Assembly: GCA_947085305.1 (NCBI GenBank) | Contig: CAMTVV010000107.1 | Span: forward strand, 1 to 34,394 | Direction of reading: 5' to 3' | DNA: 34,394 nucleotides | Source of the DNA: an uncultured Nitrospiraceae bacterium | GTDB taxonomy: Bacteria; Nitrospirota; Thermodesulfovibrionia; Thermodesulfovibrionales; UBA9159 | Notes under the pieces: model-generated | What the model was told of the DNA's origin: nothing | The model's database searches: none | The model's input: only the letters and a program-made list of their open reading frames with translations | Part shown: one piece after another, positions 32,839 to 34,394 of the stretch | How the letters are laid out: the number at the start of each line of letters is the position of its first letter | How positions within the stretch are numbered: the first letter of the stretch is position 1 | Made by a program: the position numbers and the translations under genes

Positions 32839-33422
32839 TGAAGGTGTTCGCCTTTCAAGGCAGTCCGAGGGTAGATGGAAATACCGAAATTCTGCTCAGG
32901 GAGACGTTAAGAGCTATAGGAGAATCCTTGCATGAAATTCACGTGTTCACGTTGAATGGCATGAATATCAAACCATGCCAGGATTGCGGAGGCTGCGATA
33001 AGACCGGAACGTGCATCATCAATGATGATATGAACGATGTCTACCAGGCGATACGGGAGGCTGACAGGATTATACTCGCCTCACCTATTTTTTTCTTCGG
33101 CCTGAGCGCACAGGCAAAGATCATGATTGATCGGTGCCAGGCCTTCTGGTGCGAGAAATATCTTCTAAAGAGACCTGTCCCGGCAGATCCTCATGGGAGA
33201 AAAGGACTGCTCTTGTTGGTCGGAGGCATGAAAAAAGAGATCGGCATCCAATGCGCAGAGGCAACAGCAAAGGCATTTTTCAGAACCATAAGCATTCCGG
33301 AACACGGGACGCTGAGCTTCCTGGGCATTGATGCCAAAGGAGCAATCTTTGAGCATCCTGAAGCATTAAAGGCTGCATATGACGCAGGCAAAGAGCTCAT
33401 GGCGACAGAGGGAAAGGGCTGA
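32838..33422 (+). CDS. Iron-sulfur flavoprotein (NADPH-dependent FMN reductase / flavodoxin-like fold)
   Basis: MKVFAFQGSPRVDGNTE flavodoxin-like start, compact Cys cluster CQDCGGCDKTGTC typical of Isf proteins, ILASPIFFFG FMN-binding segment. Confidence 0.85.
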   Translation: MKVFAFQGSPRVDGNTEILLRETLRAIGESLHEIHVFTLNGMNIKPCQDCGGCDKTGTCIINDDMNDVYQAIREADRIILASPIFFFGLSAQAKIMIDRCQAFWCEKYLLKRPVPADPHGRKGLLLLVGGMKKEIGIQCAEATAKAFFRTISIPEHGTLSFLGIDAKGAIFEHPEALKAAYDAGKELMATEGKG

Positions 33423-33568
33423 ATCTTCCCGAAGACCGGGAGAGAACCTCAGGAACATCACAGCACAAGAAGCCTTTTCGCAAGTTTACAAAAAATCTTA
33501 TTTTATGGTAAAACTAATATCATTGCATGGGAAAGGCTGAACGCCCTCTAAAGCTCGTCGTTTATTCT

Positions 33569-33642
33569 TGGGGAGTCGTCCAATGGCAGGACGGCAGACT
33601 CTGGATCTGCTTATAGGGGTTCGAATCCTCTCTCCCCAGCCA
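33569..33642 (+). tRNA. tRNA-Gln (anticodon CTG), CCA encoded
   Basis: Manual cloverleaf: acceptor TGGGGAG/CTCCCCA, D arm GTCC/GGAC, anticodon arm GCAGA-CT CTG GA-TCTGC, T arm AGGGG-TTCGAAT-CCTCT, discriminator G, CCA. Confidence 0.9.
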
Positions 33643-33726
33643 TTTTAGCCGTCAGCTTTCAGCGGTCAGCTTTTAGCCGGATGGTTTAAGTTTTTTGCTG
33701 ATTGCTGAATGCTAATAGCTGATTGC
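33643..33726. repeat. Heptad-periodic inverted-repeat element (TCAGC-type words), 5 + 4 heptamers, between two tRNA genes
   Basis: Sequence: ttttagc cgtcagc tttcagc ggtcagc ttttagc - 19 nt - gctgatt gctgaat gctaata gctgatt gc, followed by TTTTTTT. Begins at the nucleotide after the CCA of tRNA-Gln. Confidence 0.75.
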
Positions 33727-33736
33727 TTTTTTTATT

Positions 33737-33812
33737 GGTCCCATCGTCTAGTGGCCTAGGACGTGGCCCTCTCAAGGCTAAAACACGGGTTCGACTCCCG
33801 TTGGGACCGCCA
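33737..33812 (+). tRNA. tRNA-Glu (anticodon CTC), CCA encoded
   Basis: Manual cloverleaf: acceptor GGTCCCA/TGGGACC, D arm GTCT/GGAC, anticodon arm TGGCC-CT CTC AA-GGCTA, T arm ACGGG-TTCGACT-CCCGT, discriminator G, CCA. Confidence 0.9.
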
Positions 33813-33862
33813 ATAAAATCAAGGTGTTACACGGTTTCAGTATGTGTCGCCCCATCCGAACG

Positions 33863-34048
33863 TTATAAAAACGTGATATTCAGTCTTGAAACGGCGCTTC
33901 TCAATGAATCCATAGTGAGGTGCGCGTAACGCTTCGTCATCCTGAAATCCTTGTGACCGAGCAGCTTCGATATCGAGTGCAGGCACCACATCTTTTTGCT
34001 GAAATATTGAGTTGAAAAATTCATCTCCATCGGTTTTCTGCTGACCAA
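33863..34048 (-). pseudogene. Tyrosine recombinase (phage-type integrase) C-terminal remnant
   Basis: FSTQYFSKKMWCLHSISKLLGHKDFRMTKRYAHL matches the integrase C-terminal box (..LLGH.....T..YaHl, with the catalytic Tyr). Upstream catalytic residues are absent or degenerate, and only about 60 codons remain. Lies next to the tRNA-Glu gene. Confidence 0.6.
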
Positions 34049-34127
34049 CGCAGAATAAGCTCAGATCATAGTTGATGTCGAGAGGTTTTATGTTGACAAA
34101 ATAACTATTGCGTGGTTAAATTGTAAC

Positions 34128-34394
34128 CATGATAAAGAGGCATCTTTCTGCTGATATAGTCGAATCCCTGAAGCATTTCCCCGTTGTCCTTCTCACAGGG
34201 GCAAGACAGGTCGGCAAATCCACCTTGGCACAGAAACTGTCCGGGGCGGGATGGGATGCTGAATACCATACGCTCGATAACCGTGTTGTGCTGGATGCGG
34301 CATTAAAAGACCCTGACGGTTTTATCAGCGGGACACCGACCCCTGCGGTCATAGATGAAATCCAGAGGGCGCCTGACCTCATGCGCGCCATAAA
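34128..34394 (+). CDS. AAA+ ATPase of the DUF4143 family, 3' end outside window
   Basis: Manual translation: MIKRHLSADIVESLKHFPVVLLTGARQVGKSTLAQKL...VIDEIQRAPDLMRAI. Walker A and the DEIQ box match the 8603 paralog. Open to the window end. Preceded by TTGACA-17 nt-TTAAAT-7 nt-ATG. Confidence 0.75.

Overview
This is a 34.4-kb chromosomal segment from an anaerobic sulfur-metabolising bacterium. Gene content and repeat style suggest a Nitrospirota/Thermodesulfovibrionia-like or Desulfobacterota-like lineage, but that taxonomy is inference only.

Left third (1-15.7 kb):
- Two Opp/Dpp-type ABC ATPases and a TlpA-like thioredoxin.
- A patch of decayed genes: an AAA-ATPase fragment, a PIN remnant and an orphan AbrB-type antitoxin.
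- An origin-proximal-type cluster, rsmG - parS - ACT protein - parS - parA - parB, with mnmE convergent.
- A DUF4143 AAA ATPase, an intact RHH/PIN toxin-antitoxin pair, a GlcD-like flavoenzyme and smc.

Middle (15.9-29.1 kb):
- A complete, contiguous dissimilatory sulfite reductase locus: dsrA-B-D, dsrN, two unrecognised genes, dsrC, dsrT, dsrMKJOP and a ferredoxin.
- A convergent dsrH/E/F-like + tusA operon.

Right (29.4-34.4 kb):
- An oxygen/peroxide defence island: bacterioferritin, a Fur/PerR-like regulator, a rubredoxin remnant, rubrerythrin, an unlisted desulforedoxin gene, a flavodiiron protein, a 27-aa relic ORF and an iron-sulfur flavoprotein.
- tRNA-Gln, tRNA-Glu, an integrase remnant and the start of another DUF4143 ATPase.

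The most unusual signal is non-genic. It is a family of about 83-110 bp elements with 7-nt periodicity. In three of the four copies (83-90 bp) the layout is five direct heptamers, an 18-25 nt spacer, then four inverted heptamers; the fourth (111 bp) is larger and more complex. The four copies use three different core words. One copy is exactly 90 nt and sits in frame inside dsrN.

No CRISPR array, rRNA gene or intact transposase was seen.
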